Shown: positions 9,314-20,022, counted from the first letter of the stretch. The stretch is DNA of 64,000 bases from an uncultured Pelagibacteraceae bacterium (GCA_902633985.1 CACPHV010000002.1:45439-109438); one strand, 5' to 3'. Notes: generated from the sequence alone by a model not told the origin. Made by a program: numbers and translations.

Positions 9314-10105
9314 TTATTTAATTGTTATTCTATGCATAATTCTATTTCCCTTGAAGGGTGTTGCCTGATGGAGCATAGATCTGTTATCCCATATAGCCAA
9401 TTGATTTTTTTCCCAAGGCAATGAAAATTGAAACTTCTTCTTAATTTGATGACTGAATAAAAATTTTTTAAACTTTTCTTGATTTTTTATCTTTGAACTA
9501 AAACCAACAAAATGTCCTGGGCTGCAATAAATCGAATAATTTGTACTTATTTTTCTAATTATTTTATGTGAAGATCTAAGTTCTTTAATATTTTTTCCTT
9601 TTTCTTTTACTCTTTCTTTTGTTGTAACAGAAATTGGACCCTCAGAAGAATATTTAGCTTTAATATTTTTAAATTTTCTTTTTATTGAATTTGGTAATTC
9701 TTTATAAGCAAGATATTGAGAACAAAATTCTGTATTAGCTTTTCCTTTTTTTGGTACAAGTTTTGAAATCAACATTGTAAATCTTGGCGGCTTTTTTGTA
9801 TAAATGGAGTCTGTATGAAATTGTTCACCAAAACTTGGTCCTTTATCAGTTGATTTTCTTTGTACCACTGTAATTTGAGGAAATTTTTTATTTAAACCTT
9901 TTAGTCTTGGATAGTTGGCTAAATTTCCAAAATATTTTGCAAACTTAATGAAAAGTTTAGAAGTTAATTTTTGTTCTTTAAAATATAACATTCCATATTT
10001 ATTCAGTGCTTTTTTGATTTTTGAAATATCTTTATTTGAAATATCTTTTAAATTTACAATTATTTGTGCTCCAATATTTTTTTTATTTGGAATTATTTTT
10101 AACAT
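9314..10105 (-). CDS. TauD/TfdA family Fe(II)/2-oxoglutarate dioxygenase
   Basis: IGAQI, FHTDS (HxD), WDNRSMLH and HRITI. Confidence 0.88.
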   Translation of the reverse strand: MLKIIPNKKNIGAQIIVNLKDISNKDISKIKKALNKYGMLYFKEQKLTSKLFIKFAKYFGNLANYPRLKGLNKKFPQITVVQRKSTDKGPSFGEQFHTDSIYTKKPPRFTMLISKLVPKKGKANTEFCSQYLAYKELPNSIKRKFKNIKAKYSSEGPISVTTKERVKEKGKNIKELRSSHKIIRKISTNYSIYCSPGHFVGFSSKIKNQEKFKKFLFSHQIKKKFQFSLPWEKNQLAIWDNRSMLHQATPFKGNRIMHRITIK

Positions 10106-10970
10106 TTTTTAGAAAAAATTTTTTTAGATGATTTATAGTTTGTTTAGGACTTTCCTCTGGAATGAAATGATCTGAATTAATTTCTGCACCATAAATTTTT
10201 TTATTTGTATATCTTTGCCAAATTTTAATTGGATTAAATTGCTTTCCAACTACTCCTTTTTTTCCCCACAAAACTTGGATAGGAATATTTAATTTTTTAT
10301 TTCTATCTTTTTTATCGTGCTCTAAGTCTATAGTGGCCGCAGCTCTATAATCTTCACATGTTGCATGAATTCTTTTACCTTGTTTAAAGGCTCTAAAATA
10401 TTCATCTTCAACTCTTCCAATTGCACGTTTAGATGACCTATTAAACCGACTAAGTAACCATCTTTTAGGGTCTGCCATTATCATTTTCTCCGGTAAAGGT
10501 GCAGGCTGTATTAAATAAAACCAATGAAAATATCCTTTTGCAAATTTCATATCTGTATGCTCGTACATATCAAGAGTTGGACAAATATCTAATACACTTA
10601 AAGCCATAATTTTATTTCTATAATCTCTTGCCATTCTGTGTGCAACTCTTCCACCCCTATCATGCCCAGCAACAAAAAATTTTTTAAAATTTAATTTATT
10701 CATCAACTCAACCATATCTTTTGCCATTTCTCTTTTAGAATAATTTTTATGATTAATTCCACCAGGCAAAACCAAACTGTCCCCGTATCCTCTAAGGTCA
10801 GCAACTATTACTGTGAAATATTTAGTAAGTTCAGGGGCAGTCTTGTGCCACATTACATGTGATTGTGGATATCCGTGAAGTAGCAATAATGGGGGACCGT
10901 TTCCTTTAAATCGACAAAATATTTTACCCTTGTTTACTTTAACAAATTTTTTTTTAAAGCTCTTAAACAT
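10083..10970 (-). CDS. haloacetate/fluoroacetate dehalogenase (alpha/beta hydrolase)
   Basis: LLLHGYPQ, YSKREMA, GHDRGGRV, YFHWFY, CEDYRA and DHFIPEE. Confidence 0.85.
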   Translation of the reverse strand: MFKSFKKKFVKVNKGKIFCRFKGNGPPLLLLHGYPQSHVMWHKTAPELTKYFTVIVADLRGYGDSLVLPGGINHKNYSKREMAKDMVELMNKLNFKKFFVAGHDRGGRVAHRMARDYRNKIMALSVLDICPTLDMYEHTDMKFAKGYFHWFYLIQPAPLPEKMIMADPKRWLLSRFNRSSKRAIGRVEDEYFRAFKQGKRIHATCEDYRAAATIDLEHDKKDRNKKLNIPIQVLWGKKGVVGKQFNPIKIWQRYTNKKIYGAEINSDHFIPEESPKQTINHLKKFFLKNVKNNSK

Positions 10971-10981
10971 GATTAAACTAT

Positions 10982-11257
10982 TTAATTATTTAATAGTTTG
11001 TTTTTGGCCTTTTCAAATTCCTCTTGAGAAATAATTCCTTTTTCTTTTAAATCATTCAATTTTGTAAGTTCATCACTTAAATTGCTGCTTTGTTCATCAG
11101 AAGTCTCGCTTATCTCCTTAACCACACTTTCAGCTTCCTCTTTCTCAGCTCTATTAGCTTCCTTAGACTTAAAACCATTCATAATTGCCATTCCACCTAA
11201 GTATAGAACATAAGCCATAATAGGAATAACCAATCCAAAAAAAATTATTTTTTCCAT
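10982..11257 (-). CDS. membrane-anchored SHOCT-domain protein
   Basis: N-terminal TM segment; C-terminal ELTKLNDLKEKGIISQEEFEKAKNKLL. Confidence 0.85.
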   Translation of the reverse strand: MEKIIFFGLVIPIMAYVLYLGGMAIMNGFKSKEANRAEKEEAESVVKEISETSDEQSSNLSDELTKLNDLKEKGIISQEEFEKAKNKLLNN

Positions 11258-11260
11258 AAT

Positions 11261-11464
11261 TTAATCTTCATCTTCTTCACGCCAGTTTTTTTCATACATT
11301 AAATATGCAGCGTATATTACTGATACAGTACCTACAATCATACCATAATCAAAACCGGTTTGCTTGTCATGCAAATACCAACCTAACTGAGTTGCCCCAA
11401 TAGGTGGAACTGTAAGAAGCAAAAAAATTATACCAAATCTGTATGGTCGTTTAGGTTTTTTCAT
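11261..11464 (-). CDS. small membrane protein, hypothetical
   Basis: 67 aa, 2 TM segments; co-oriented and tightly packed with its neighbours. Confidence 0.65.
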   Translation of the reverse strand: MKKPKRPYRFGIIFLLLTVPPIGATQLGWYLHDKQTGFDYGMIVGTVSVIYAAYLMYEKNWREEDED

Positions 11465-11502
11465 CCTAATAAATTAACAGATTACAGCTTGGGGTTTAAT
11501 TA

Positions 11503-12348
11503 TTAAATTTGCGATCTTTTGAAACAGTCGATCGTATTTTTAAGCAAACAAGCAATGGTCATTGGACCTACACCGCCTGGAACTGGTGTAAGTGCCTTTG
11601 CATTTTTTGAAACTTCATCAAAATGAACATCACCAACTATACCGTTGTCAGTTTTATTTATGCCAACATCAATAACAATAGCATCTTTTTTAACCCAATC
11701 TCCTCTAACAAGTTCGGGTATACCTACAGCTGCAACAATTATATCTGCCTCTAAACATTCAGCTTTTAAATCTTTAGTTTTAGAATGAGTTATAGTTACA
11801 GTGCAATTTTCTTTTAAAAGAAGTTGTGTCATTGGTTTACCATTTAAATTTGATCTACCCACAACCACAGCTTTTTTACCACTTAAATTAGGTTCAATTT
11901 TTTTTATCAACAAATAACATCCAAGCGGAGTACAAGGTATCGAACTTTCATAACCAGATGAAAGATTACCTACATTCATTGGATGAAATCCATCTACGTC
12001 CTTTGAGGGTACAATAGCTTCTATAACCTTCTGCTTATCAATATGCTTCGGTAAAGGAAGTTGAACTAAAATTCCTGAAACAGTTTCATCACTGTTTAGT
12101 TCTTGAATTTTTTCTAGAACAGTCTTTTCTTCAACTGAATCTGGATATTTAATTACTTCAGATTTTAATCCTACCTCACTTGCTGACTTCTCTTTATTTC
12201 TTACATAAATCTGACTAGGTGTTAAATCACCGATCAGTATTACTGTTAAACCTGGTACTTTATTATATTTTGATTTTAATTCTGCAACTTCTTCCTTTAA
12301 CTCTGCTCTTAATTCTGCGGCTGCTTTTTTTCCATCAATTAAAATCAT
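11503..12348 (-). CDS. folD: methylenetetrahydrofolate dehydrogenase/cyclohydrolase
   Basis: YVRNK, GILVQLPLP, KDVDGFHP, PCTP and TPVPGGVGPMT. Confidence 0.97.
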   Translation of the reverse strand: MILIDGKKAAAELRAELKEEVAELKSKYNKVPGLTVILIGDLTPSQIYVRNKEKSASEVGLKSEVIKYPDSVEEKTVLEKIQELNSDETVSGILVQLPLPKHIDKQKVIEAIVPSKDVDGFHPMNVGNLSSGYESSIPCTPLGCYLLIKKIEPNLSGKKAVVVGRSNLNGKPMTQLLLKENCTVTITHSKTKDLKAECLEADIIVAAVGIPELVRGDWVKKDAIVIDVGINKTDNGIVGDVHFDEVSKNAKALTPVPGGVGPMTIACLLKNTIDCFKRSQI

Positions 12349-12357
12349 ATTTCTCTC

Positions 12358-12648
12358 TTAAAAAATCATTGGTGCGATGTACAGCTTCATACACATTTCG
12401 ATAAACCAAATCAATAAAAGAAGAATGATTGGAGAAATATCTAGTGAACCTAAATTTGGCAAAAAACGTCTAATTTTATTCAGGAAAGGCTCGGTTAATT
12501 TGTAACTCAACTCTAAAATTGCATACACAAACCTATTTTGAGTATTAAGAACGTTAAAAGCTATTAACCAACTTACAATAACATTGGCAATTACAACATA
12601 AGAATACAATTTTAAAATTTGTAAAACTAAATAAAAAATAGCTATCAT
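12358..12648 (-). CDS. yggT: YggT family membrane protein
   Basis: LTEPFLNKIRRFLP...LDISPIILL. Confidence 0.9.
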   Translation of the reverse strand: MIAIFYLVLQILKLYSYVVIANVIVSWLIAFNVLNTQNRFVYAILELSYKLTEPFLNKIRRFLPNLGSLDISPIILLLLIWFIEMCMKLYIAPMIF

Positions 12649-13730
12649 TTTTTCTCAACATAAATCGACTGACTTGGGAAAGCAAATGAAGCACCATTTT
12701 TTTCTACAATTTCCTTAATCGCAATTGCTAATCTTTCTTTTACATTAAGCCAATTATTCCAACTTCCTGTTTTTGTAAAGCATCTTACATACATATCTAT
12801 TGAACTATCAGAAAATTTATCAACTCTTACCGCAACACCAATTGAGGTATTATAATCCTCACTTGAATTAATATGATTTTCGATTTCATCTCTGATTTTT
12901 TTTAACTGATCTACCGTAGTGTCATATTGAAGTGTAATAATCCAACTGATTAACCAATTTGAAGTTTCACTTACATTTACAACTGCGTTTTCAGCAAATT
13001 GAAAATTTGGAATAATAGCAAGAGATTTGTCAAACTTTCTAATTGTTGTTGATCTAAATCCGATCTTTTCTACTACACCTTCAATAATACCCTCGACAGA
13101 TATCCAGTCTCCAATTTTAAATCTCTTTTCAACTAAAACTAAAATTCCTGATATTAAGTTTTTGAATAAATCTTGTGCCCCTAATGCAACAGCGACTCCA
13201 AACAATCCAAGACCTGCAATTATTGGACCTATTTTAATTCCCCATAATTCTAAAACTGCTGCTAAACCTAAAATAAAAATTAAAATTTTTAGCGATTTAA
13301 TTATCCAGCCTATAAGTTCTCTTGTTAACAATTTGTCTAAACCACTAAGTATGTATGAGATTGGTTCTATGATTTGGTGAATTACCCAAAAAATTAAAAT
13401 AGTGATCAACGTTCTGTTAATTGTATCTACCACTTCTCTTCCTTCTAGTGAGAAAGTCATGTAGTAGCTTGCAATAAAAAATCCTAATACAATTGGTAAA
13501 AATCTTGCAGGGCCTACAAGTGATTGAACAAAAGTATCATCTAATTTATTCGTTGTTCTTTTTGAGATAATTTCTAATTTTTTAATAACTAATTTACTTA
13601 TTAGACCCCTAAAAATTAAGAATAGTAAAAATATTCCAATACCAATTAAGATTTGAAAGATATCAACACCGAGAATTCCTTTATTCCATACTGATAAAAA
13701 TATCTCTGAAAAATTATTAATTAATTCCAT
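12645..13730 (-). CDS. small-conductance mechanosensitive channel (MscS family)
   Basis: GLGLFGVAVALGAQD, FKIGDWI, GVVEKIGFRST and AFPSQ. Confidence 0.92.
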   Translation of the reverse strand: MELINNFSEIFLSVWNKGILGVDIFQILIGIGIFLLFLIFRGLISKLVIKKLEIISKRTTNKLDDTFVQSLVGPARFLPIVLGFFIASYYMTFSLEGREVVDTINRTLITILIFWVIHQIIEPISYILSGLDKLLTRELIGWIIKSLKILIFILGLAAVLELWGIKIGPIIAGLGLFGVAVALGAQDLFKNLISGILVLVEKRFKIGDWISVEGIIEGVVEKIGFRSTTIRKFDKSLAIIPNFQFAENAVVNVSETSNWLISWIITLQYDTTVDQLKKIRDEIENHINSSEDYNTSIGVAVRVDKFSDSSIDMYVRCFTKTGSWNNWLNVKERLAIAIKEIVEKNGASFAFPSQSIYVEKK

Positions 13731-13732
13731 TT

Positions 13733-14431
13733 CTAAATTTTATATAACAAAAACTCTTCTTCTCCAGGGTTAAAAAGAAAAATCTTTTTCCATTTGATTT
13801 CGTTCAATATTGACGAGGTTTTTTCGCCTATACACATCAAATTTGTATTCATCCATAAGTTTTCGGTTTGGTAAATCTTTATGAAACTTAAGAAACTTGA
13901 CGCACTATTTTGAGAGTAAATATAGACCATATCAGGCATATTTAATTTTAATTCATTAACAAATTTCTCATCAAATTTTTGATTATGAACTACTCTGTAA
14001 TTAATAATTCTTTTTATCTTAAAACCTTCGCTCAATAACTGTTGATCTAAATCAACCGATATTGTTTCGCCACTAACGTAAAGTAATTCTTTATTTTTGG
14101 ACTCATAACTTTGAATAATTAACTCCTTTAAATTTGTAACATTTCCTTCAGCCGCAATTGTATTTTGAAAACCAACACTTCTTGCTTTATTTTCTGTAGC
14201 GTTTCCAACACAAAAGCATTTAATATTTTTATCTAATTTTAATGTGTTTAAAAATTTTACTGCATTTGCACTAGTAAAAACAATTCCACCATATTCAGAA
14301 AAGTTAATTTCTTCATAATTAACTTTTTCAATTGTTATTAATGGAAGATGAGAAACTTGATGTCCTAATGATTGAAATTTTAATATCATTTCAGAACAAT
14401 CCACTAGTGGTCTAGTTAACAAAATATGCAT
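13733..14431 (-). CDS. hemD: uroporphyrinogen-III synthase
   Basis: ILLTRP, FTSANAV and CVGNAT; directly downstream of hemC. Confidence 0.9.
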   Translation of the reverse strand: MHILLTRPLVDCSEMILKFQSLGHQVSHLPLITIEKVNYEEINFSEYGGIVFTSANAVKFLNTLKLDKNIKCFCVGNATENKARSVGFQNTIAAEGNVTNLKELIIQSYESKNKELLYVSGETISVDLDQQLLSEGFKIKRIINYRVVHNQKFDEKFVNELKLNMPDMVYIYSQNSASSFLSFIKIYQTENLWMNTNLMCIGEKTSSILNEIKWKKIFLFNPGEEEFLLYKI

Positions 14432-14432
14432 A

Positions 14433-15350
14433 TTATCTTTTATATGAATTATTTGATTTTGTTTTTAAAAGTATTCCAATCTCTTTACCAATTTCTTTAA
14501 ACTCATTCAAATTACCAACTTTTTTTTCATAAAACCTTTGTTTACCATCTAAAGAAAATAGTTCAGCCTCCACCGTAATCTTATCTCCATCAATCACTGA
14601 ATGAGCACCAATTGCTGTTTCACAATCTCCACCTAAAACTTTTAAAATATTTCTCTCAAGGTGAGCTCTTTTATGTGTTTCCTCATGATTAATTTTATTT
14701 AAAATAGAAATTGTCTCATCATCATTCTCCCTACACTGAAGAGCAATAACACCTTGTCCTGCACTAGGAATTATTTCTTCAGCTGAAAAAATTTCTGAGA
14801 TTTCATTTTCAAATTTTAAAAATTTGATACCAGCATAAGACAAAATAATTGCATCATACATCCCTTCATTCAATTTTCTAATTCTAGTATCTACATTTCC
14901 TCTAATTAGTTTACAGTTCAAATCTTGTCTAATTTTTTTTATTTGAAATTCTCTTCTGTATGACGAAGTACCAACAATTGACTTTTGATCTAAGTCTTTA
15001 AGTTTTTTTTTGTTTTTTGTAATTAAAATCTCTCTAGGGTCATTTCTTTTGAGAAAAGAATCTGTCCTTAATCCTTCTGTCTCATAAGCGGGCATATCTT
15101 TCAGTGCATGGACTGCAATATCAATATTTTTTAACTGAAGTTCTTTTTCAATATTACTAGAAAACAAACCTTTGCCACCAAGCTCAGATAATCTTATATC
15201 CTGTACTTCATCACCTTTAGTTATAAATGATTTAATTAAAATATCTTCATTTCCAAGGTCGGTATTTTCAATAATCTTATCTTTAGCTTGTTGAGCATAA
15301 AGTAAGGCAAGCTTACTACCCCTAGATCCAATTATTATTTTTTTTCTCAT
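14433..15350 (-). CDS. hemC: hydroxymethylbilane synthase
   Basis: IGSRGSKLA, GGKGLF, AVHALKDMP, GTSSYRR, RGNVDTR and GGDC. Confidence 0.96.
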   Translation of the reverse strand: MRKKIIIGSRGSKLALLYAQQAKDKIIENTDLGNEDILIKSFITKGDEVQDIRLSELGGKGLFSSNIEKELQLKNIDIAVHALKDMPAYETEGLRTDSFLKRNDPREILITKNKKKLKDLDQKSIVGTSSYRREFQIKKIRQDLNCKLIRGNVDTRIRKLNEGMYDAIILSYAGIKFLKFENEISEIFSAEEIIPSAGQGVIALQCRENDDETISILNKINHEETHKRAHLERNILKVLGGDCETAIGAHSVIDGDKITVEAELFSLDGKQRFYEKKVGNLNEFKEIGKEIGILLKTKSNNSYKR

Positions 15351-15404
15351 AAAAAATTATTTCTTACTTGTATAAAGATTGTACAATTATTAAAAACTAT
15401 TTGA

Positions 15405-16478
15405 ATGAGCAAAAAACCCTTAATTCTTGGAATAGAGTCTAGTTGTGATGAAACAGCAGCTTCTTTAATAACTGAAAATGAAGAAGGATTCCCAGTAGTT
15501 TTATCCAACATTGTTTCTAGCCAAGTGGAGGTTCATAGGGAGTTTGGTGGTGTAGTTCCTGAACTAGCAGCACGTTCACACATTGAAAAAATTGATTGGA
15601 TTATCAAAAAAGCTATTGATGAAAGTGGAAGAAAAATTGAAGAAATAGATGCGGTTGCTTCTACCGCTGGTCCTGGATTAATTGTTTGTTTATCAGTTGG
15701 GTTAAGTTTTGGTAAAGCTTTCGCAACAGCAATGAATAAACCTTTTATTGCTATTAATCATTTAGAGGGACATGCTTTAAGTCCAAAACTAAATACAAAT
15801 TTAAATTATCCATATTTACTTCTTTTAATTTCAGGTGGGCACTCACAATATTTAAGTGTTCAGAACCTTGGTAAATATAAAAGATTAGGAACAACTATTG
15901 ATGATGCATTAGGTGAGGCGTTTGACAAAACGGCTAAGCTTTTAGGAATAGAATTTCCAGGAGGACCTCAAATAGAAATTTTAGCTAAAAAAGGTGATCC
16001 AGAAAAATATGATTTACCAAAACCAATTTTCAGCAAAGGAGGATGCAATCTTTCTTTTGCAGGTCTAAAAACTGCCGTGTTGAAGATAAGCAAAAGAATT
16101 AAATCAGAACAAGATAAATATGATCTTGCAGCATCTTTTCAAAAAACAATTGAGGAAATTTTATATAAAAAAACAAAGATTGCTTTTACTGAATTTGAAA
16201 AAATAAATGAATTAAATGAAAAAATTTTTGTTGTTGCTGGAGGAGTTGCAGCAAATAAAAAAATTAGGTCTATGTTAATTAGTCTATGTGAAGAAAATAA
16301 TTATAAAAGTATTTTTCCACCTATAGAGTTTTGTGGAGATAATGCAGCAATGATTGCAATGGTAGGTTTGGAAAAATTCAAATTAAAGCAATTTAATAAT
16401 CTAGATTATCCAGCAAAACCTAGATGGCCTTTAGATGAAGATGCAGCTTTTCTCAAAGGTGCCGGGGTTCAATTATAA
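15405..16478 (+). CDS. tsaD: tRNA N6-threonylcarbamoyltransferase
   Basis: LGIESSCDETA, GGVVPELAARSH, NHLEGH, DDALGEAFDK and DNAAMIA. Confidence 0.96.
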   Translation: MSKKPLILGIESSCDETAASLITENEEGFPVVLSNIVSSQVEVHREFGGVVPELAARSHIEKIDWIIKKAIDESGRKIEEIDAVASTAGPGLIVCLSVGLSFGKAFATAMNKPFIAINHLEGHALSPKLNTNLNYPYLLLLISGGHSQYLSVQNLGKYKRLGTTIDDALGEAFDKTAKLLGIEFPGGPQIEILAKKGDPEKYDLPKPIFSKGGCNLSFAGLKTAVLKISKRIKSEQDKYDLAASFQKTIEEILYKKTKIAFTEFEKINELNEKIFVVAGGVAANKKIRSMLISLCEENNYKSIFPPIEFCGDNAAMIAMVGLEKFKLKQFNNLDYPAKPRWPLDEDAAFLKGAGVQL

Positions 16479-16891
16479 TGAAATATTGGTTGATGAAATC
16501 TGAACCAAATGTTTGGTCAATTGACCAACAAAAAAAAGCAGGAATTAAAGGTGCACCTTGGGATGGTGTTAGAAATTATCAAGCTGCAAAGAACTTAAAG
16601 AGTATGAAAAAAGGTGATCTTTGTTTTTTTTATCATTCAAATATTGGAAAAGAGATAGTTGGAATAGTAAAAGTTATTAAAGAATCTTATATAGATGAAA
16701 CAGACAAATCAGGGAGGTTTGTTGCCGTTACTGTTCAATTTAAGTCTAAATTTTCAAAGCCTATAACACTCGAAAGCATTAAAAAAAATAAGAATTTAAG
16801 CCATTTAGCACTTATAAAGCAAAGCAGGCTTTCTGTAATGCCTGTTGATTATAAAAGCTGGAAAATTATAAATAACATGAGTAGAATTTAA
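16478..16891 (+). CDS. EVE domain protein
   Basis: YWLMKSEP, WDGVRNYQA, FFYHS and RLSVMPV. Confidence 0.93.
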   Translation: MKYWLMKSEPNVWSIDQQKKAGIKGAPWDGVRNYQAAKNLKSMKKGDLCFFYHSNIGKEIVGIVKVIKESYIDETDKSGRFVAVTVQFKSKFSKPITLESIKKNKNLSHLALIKQSRLSVMPVDYKSWKIINNMSRI

Positions 16892-16906
16892 AAAATAAAT
16901 TATCCT

Positions 16907-19006
16907 ATGCCAAAAAAAAAGAAGAAGAAGAAAAGCAAGGTAAGAAAAAAAAAGTCAAAAGTTAGAAAAAAAACCTCAAAAAAGGTGAAGAGAAGATCTA
17001 AAGTTAGAAAAAGATCTACTAAAAAAGTAAAAAAAAGAATTAAAGCAAAAAAAGAAAACGAAAATACACCTCCTGAAGTAATTATTAAAACAAAACCGGA
17101 ATGGGTTAAAAGTAGCTTAGCAAATAAAAGTAAATATCAACAAAAATATTCTCAATCTATAAAGAGTAATGATGAATTTTGGAGAAAAGAGGGAAAAAGA
17201 ATTACTTGGACAAAACCTTATAAAAAAATTAAAGACGTAAAATACAGTACAAAAGAAGTCAAAATTAAATGGTTTGAAGATGGTACTTTAAATGCTTCAG
17301 CAAATTGTATTGATAGACATTTAAAAGATAAAAAAGATAAAACTGCTATTATTTGGGTAGGAGACGATCCAAAAGATAGTCAAAAAATTTCTTATAAACA
17401 GCTTCACCAAAAAGTTTCTAAAGCTGCAAATGGTTTAAAAAAATTAGGAATTAAAAAAGGAGATCGAGTAACAATTTATTTAACGATGATACCAGAGTTA
17501 GCGATTTTAATGCTGGCCTGTGTTAGAATTGGTGCAGTTCATTCGATTATTTTTGGAGGTTTTTCAGCAGATTCTATTTCGGGAAGAGTGAATGATTGCG
17601 AATCTGAATATATAATCACTGCTGATGAAGGAGTGCGTGGTGGAAAAACTATACCACTGAAATATACAGTTGATGAAGCTCTAATGAGTTGTCCAAATGT
17701 TAAAAAATGTATTGTTGTTAAACGAACAGGTAATTATATTAACTGGGATCAAAATAGAGATGTTTGGTATCATGATTTGATCAAAGATGTTCCTAATCAT
17801 TGTGAACCTGAAGAAATGAATGCTGAGGATCCGTTATTTATTTTATATACTTCTGGTTCGACAGGTAAGCCTAAAGGAGTTCTTCATACTACTGGTGGTT
17901 ATATGGTTTATGCATCAATGACTCATCAATATATTTTTAACTACAAACCAAAAGATATTTATTGGTGTACTGCTGATATTGGCTGGGTAACTGGACATAG
18001 TTACATTATTTATGGACCACTTTCGAATGGTGCAACAACTATAATGTTTGAGGGAATTCCAAATTATCCTGATAGTTCAAGGTGGTGGCAAATAGTTGAC
18101 AAATATAAAGTGAATACTTTTTATACGGCACCAACTGCAATTAGAGCTTTAATGCGTGAGGGAGATAAACCGGTTAAAAAAACATCTAGAAAATCACTTA
18201 AACTTTTAGGAACTGTAGGAGAGCCAATAAATCCAGAAGCTTGGATGTGGTATTATAAAACTGTGGGTAATTCTAAATGCCCAATTGTAGATACATGGTG
18301 GCAGACAGAAACTGGAGGTATAATGATTGCTCCTCAAACCGGTGCGATTCCACTTAAACCTGGATCTGCAACAAAACCTTTCTATGGAATTAAACCTGTG
18401 CTTGTTGATAAAAACGGTAAAGAGATTAAAGGTGCAGGTGAAGGAAGACTTTGTATAGCTCAATCCTGGCCTGGCCAAATGAGAACCGTGTACGGAGATC
18501 ATCAAAGATTTATTGATACATATTTTTCACAATTTAATGGAAAATATTTTACGGGTGATGGGTGCAGGAGAGATAAAGATGGTTATTACTGGATCACTGG
18601 TCGAGTGGATGATGTAATTATTGTCTCAGGGCACAACCTAGGAACTGCTGAAATTGAAAGTGCATTCGTTGCTCATCCAAAAGTAGCTGAAGCTGCTGTA
18701 GTTGGTTATCCTCATGATATTAAAGGAAATGGGTTGTATTGTTATGTAACATTAAATGCAGGAGAAAACGAAACAGGCGAACTTGAAAGGGATCTTAAAC
18801 TTTGGGTTAGAAAACAAATCGGACCTCTTGCAACCCCGGATCTAATTCATTTTACTCCAGGTCTTCCTAAAACAAGATCAGGAAAAATAATGAGAAGAAT
18901 TCTAAGAAAGATTGCTGCTAATGAACATGGTCAATTAGGAGACACAACTACTCTGGCAGATCCAAGTGTTGTTGATAGTTTGGTTGAAAATAGAAAAAAT
19001 ATTTAA
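16907..19006 (+). CDS. acs: acetyl-CoA synthetase with Lys/Arg-rich N-terminal extension
   Basis: [35 protein letters not shown] and [11 protein letters not shown]. Confidence 0.96.
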   Translation: MPKKKKKKKSKVRKKKSKVRKKTSKKVKRRSKVRKRSTKKVKKRIKAKKENENTPPEVIIKTKPEWVKSSLANKSKYQQKYSQSIKSNDEFWRKEGKRITWTKPYKKIKDVKYSTKEVKIKWFEDGTLNASANCIDRHLKDKKDKTAIIWVGDDPKDSQKISYKQLHQKVSKAANGLKKLGIKKGDRVTIYLTMIPELAILMLACVRIGAVHSIIFGGFSADSISGRVNDCESEYIITADEGVRGGKTIPLKYTVDEALMSCPNVKKCIVVKRTGNYINWDQNRDVWYHDLIKDVPNHCEPEEMNAEDPLFILYTSGSTGKPKGVLHTTGGYMVYASMTHQYIFNYKPKDIYWCTADIGWVTGHSYIIYGPLSNGATTIMFEGIPNYPDSSRWWQIVDKYKVNTFYTAPTAIRALMREGDKPVKKTSRKSLKLLGTVGEPINPEAWMWYYKTVGNSKCPIVDTWWQTETGGIMIAPQTGAIPLKPGSATKPFYGIKPVLVDKNGKEIKGAGEGRLCIAQSWPGQMRTVYGDHQRFIDTYFSQFNGKYFTGDGCRRDKDGYYWITGRVDDVIIVSGHNLGTAEIESAFVAHPKVAEAAVVGYPHDIKGNGLYCYVTLNAGENETGELERDLKLWVRKQIGPLATPDLIHFTPGLPKTRSGKIMRRILRKIAANEHGQLGDTTTLADPSVVDSLVENRKNI

Positions 19007-19626
19007 AACTGAATTAAATCTTTAAACTCTTGTTTAACAACATCCCATTTTAAAATCATCGAATTTAAAACGATCTTTCGATCTAAAGTTTTTAATTCAT
19101 CTGCAATCGGAGCCCATTTATATAAAGAGAGTGCACTAGGATTAAAAGGTAAGTCTTGATAATAAACATCCCAATTTATTTTATCTAATCTTTCATCAAA
19201 ACTTTTCCTAGCTTCATCAATAATATCTAACGGCATCTTATTAGAAATTTCGTCATCTAAAATTTTGTTGAAAATTTCGTTTGCTTTATGAATATCCTGA
19301 TAATTAAAATTAACTTTTAAATATGAAAAAGCAAAAAAAGTTAAATCTTGTAACGCAACTGAATAAATATTCCATTTAGCAAGATTTACTGAAGACATAA
19401 ACTCATCATTATCAAAATGGAGAACATATCTTGTTCCCATTCTAGTTTTTAGATAATTATATAAAGTAACTTGAGTAGCCCAGGCAGATTTCGTTTGAAT
19501 AAATAGTTCTAGTTCATCTAAATTTTTTATTTTTTTTTTGGGAATAAACGCCTTAAACATAGCGAATAAATATGTTTTGAAATCCTCAAGTTTTATATCT
19601 CTCCAAGTTAATTTGTATTTTCCCAT
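19003..19626 (-). CDS. conserved hypothetical protein
   Basis: Long ORF with normal composition (YLKTRMGT motif). The ATG at 19626 is preferred over the TTG at 19647. Confidence 0.7.
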   Translation of the reverse strand: MGKYKLTWRDIKLEDFKTYLFAMFKAFIPKKKIKNLDELELFIQTKSAWATQVTLYNYLKTRMGTRYVLHFDNDEFMSSVNLAKWNIYSVALQDLTFFAFSYLKVNFNYQDIHKANEIFNKILDDEISNKMPLDIIDEARKSFDERLDKINWDVYYQDLPFNPSALSLYKWAPIADELKTLDRKIVLNSMILKWDVVKQEFKDLIQF

Positions 19627-19761
19627 GTTTATTTGTAAGTGCGCCAATTATATCTTAAAAAAGTGAGTAAATAAGTACCTAATATGATCAATTTTTAGGG
19701 TTTTCAAAGCTCTCATAATGGTTATGGTTTTATCCAGTTATAACTAAAAAGAGAGGTATAA

Positions 19762-20022
19762 ATGTCAAATCAACAAAAACACTGGGAAAAAACCAGGGGA
19801 TTGTTATTTATAACACTGGCAATCTGGTTTGTTTTCTCAATTGGCATCTTTCTCTTTGGAGCTGAAATGAACGAGGTCACAGGACCTTTCGGTTATCCAT
19901 GGACATATTGGTTTACGTGTCAGGGATCTCTTGGTGCTTTCGTAATCCTAATTTTCTGGTTTGCGAATAGACAAGAAAAAATCGATGAAGAGTTCGGCTT
20001 TAGCGAAAGAGAGGACGAATAA
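19762..20022 (+). CDS. DUF4212 small membrane subunit of a solute:sodium symporter
   Basis: HWEKT...LAIWF...GYPWTYWFTCQGS; strong GAGAGG RBS; TAATG-coupled to the SSS gene. Confidence 0.88.
   Translation: MSNQQKHWEKTRGLLFITLAIWFVFSIGIFLFGAEMNEVTGPFGYPWTYWFTCQGSLGAFVILIFWFANRQEKIDEEFGFSEREDE

Noticed and set aside
19714-19745. Short palindromes upstream of DUF4212 (CATAA-TGG-TTATG; AGTTATAACT)
   Set aside because: They are too short and AT-rich to distinguish from chance without comparative data.
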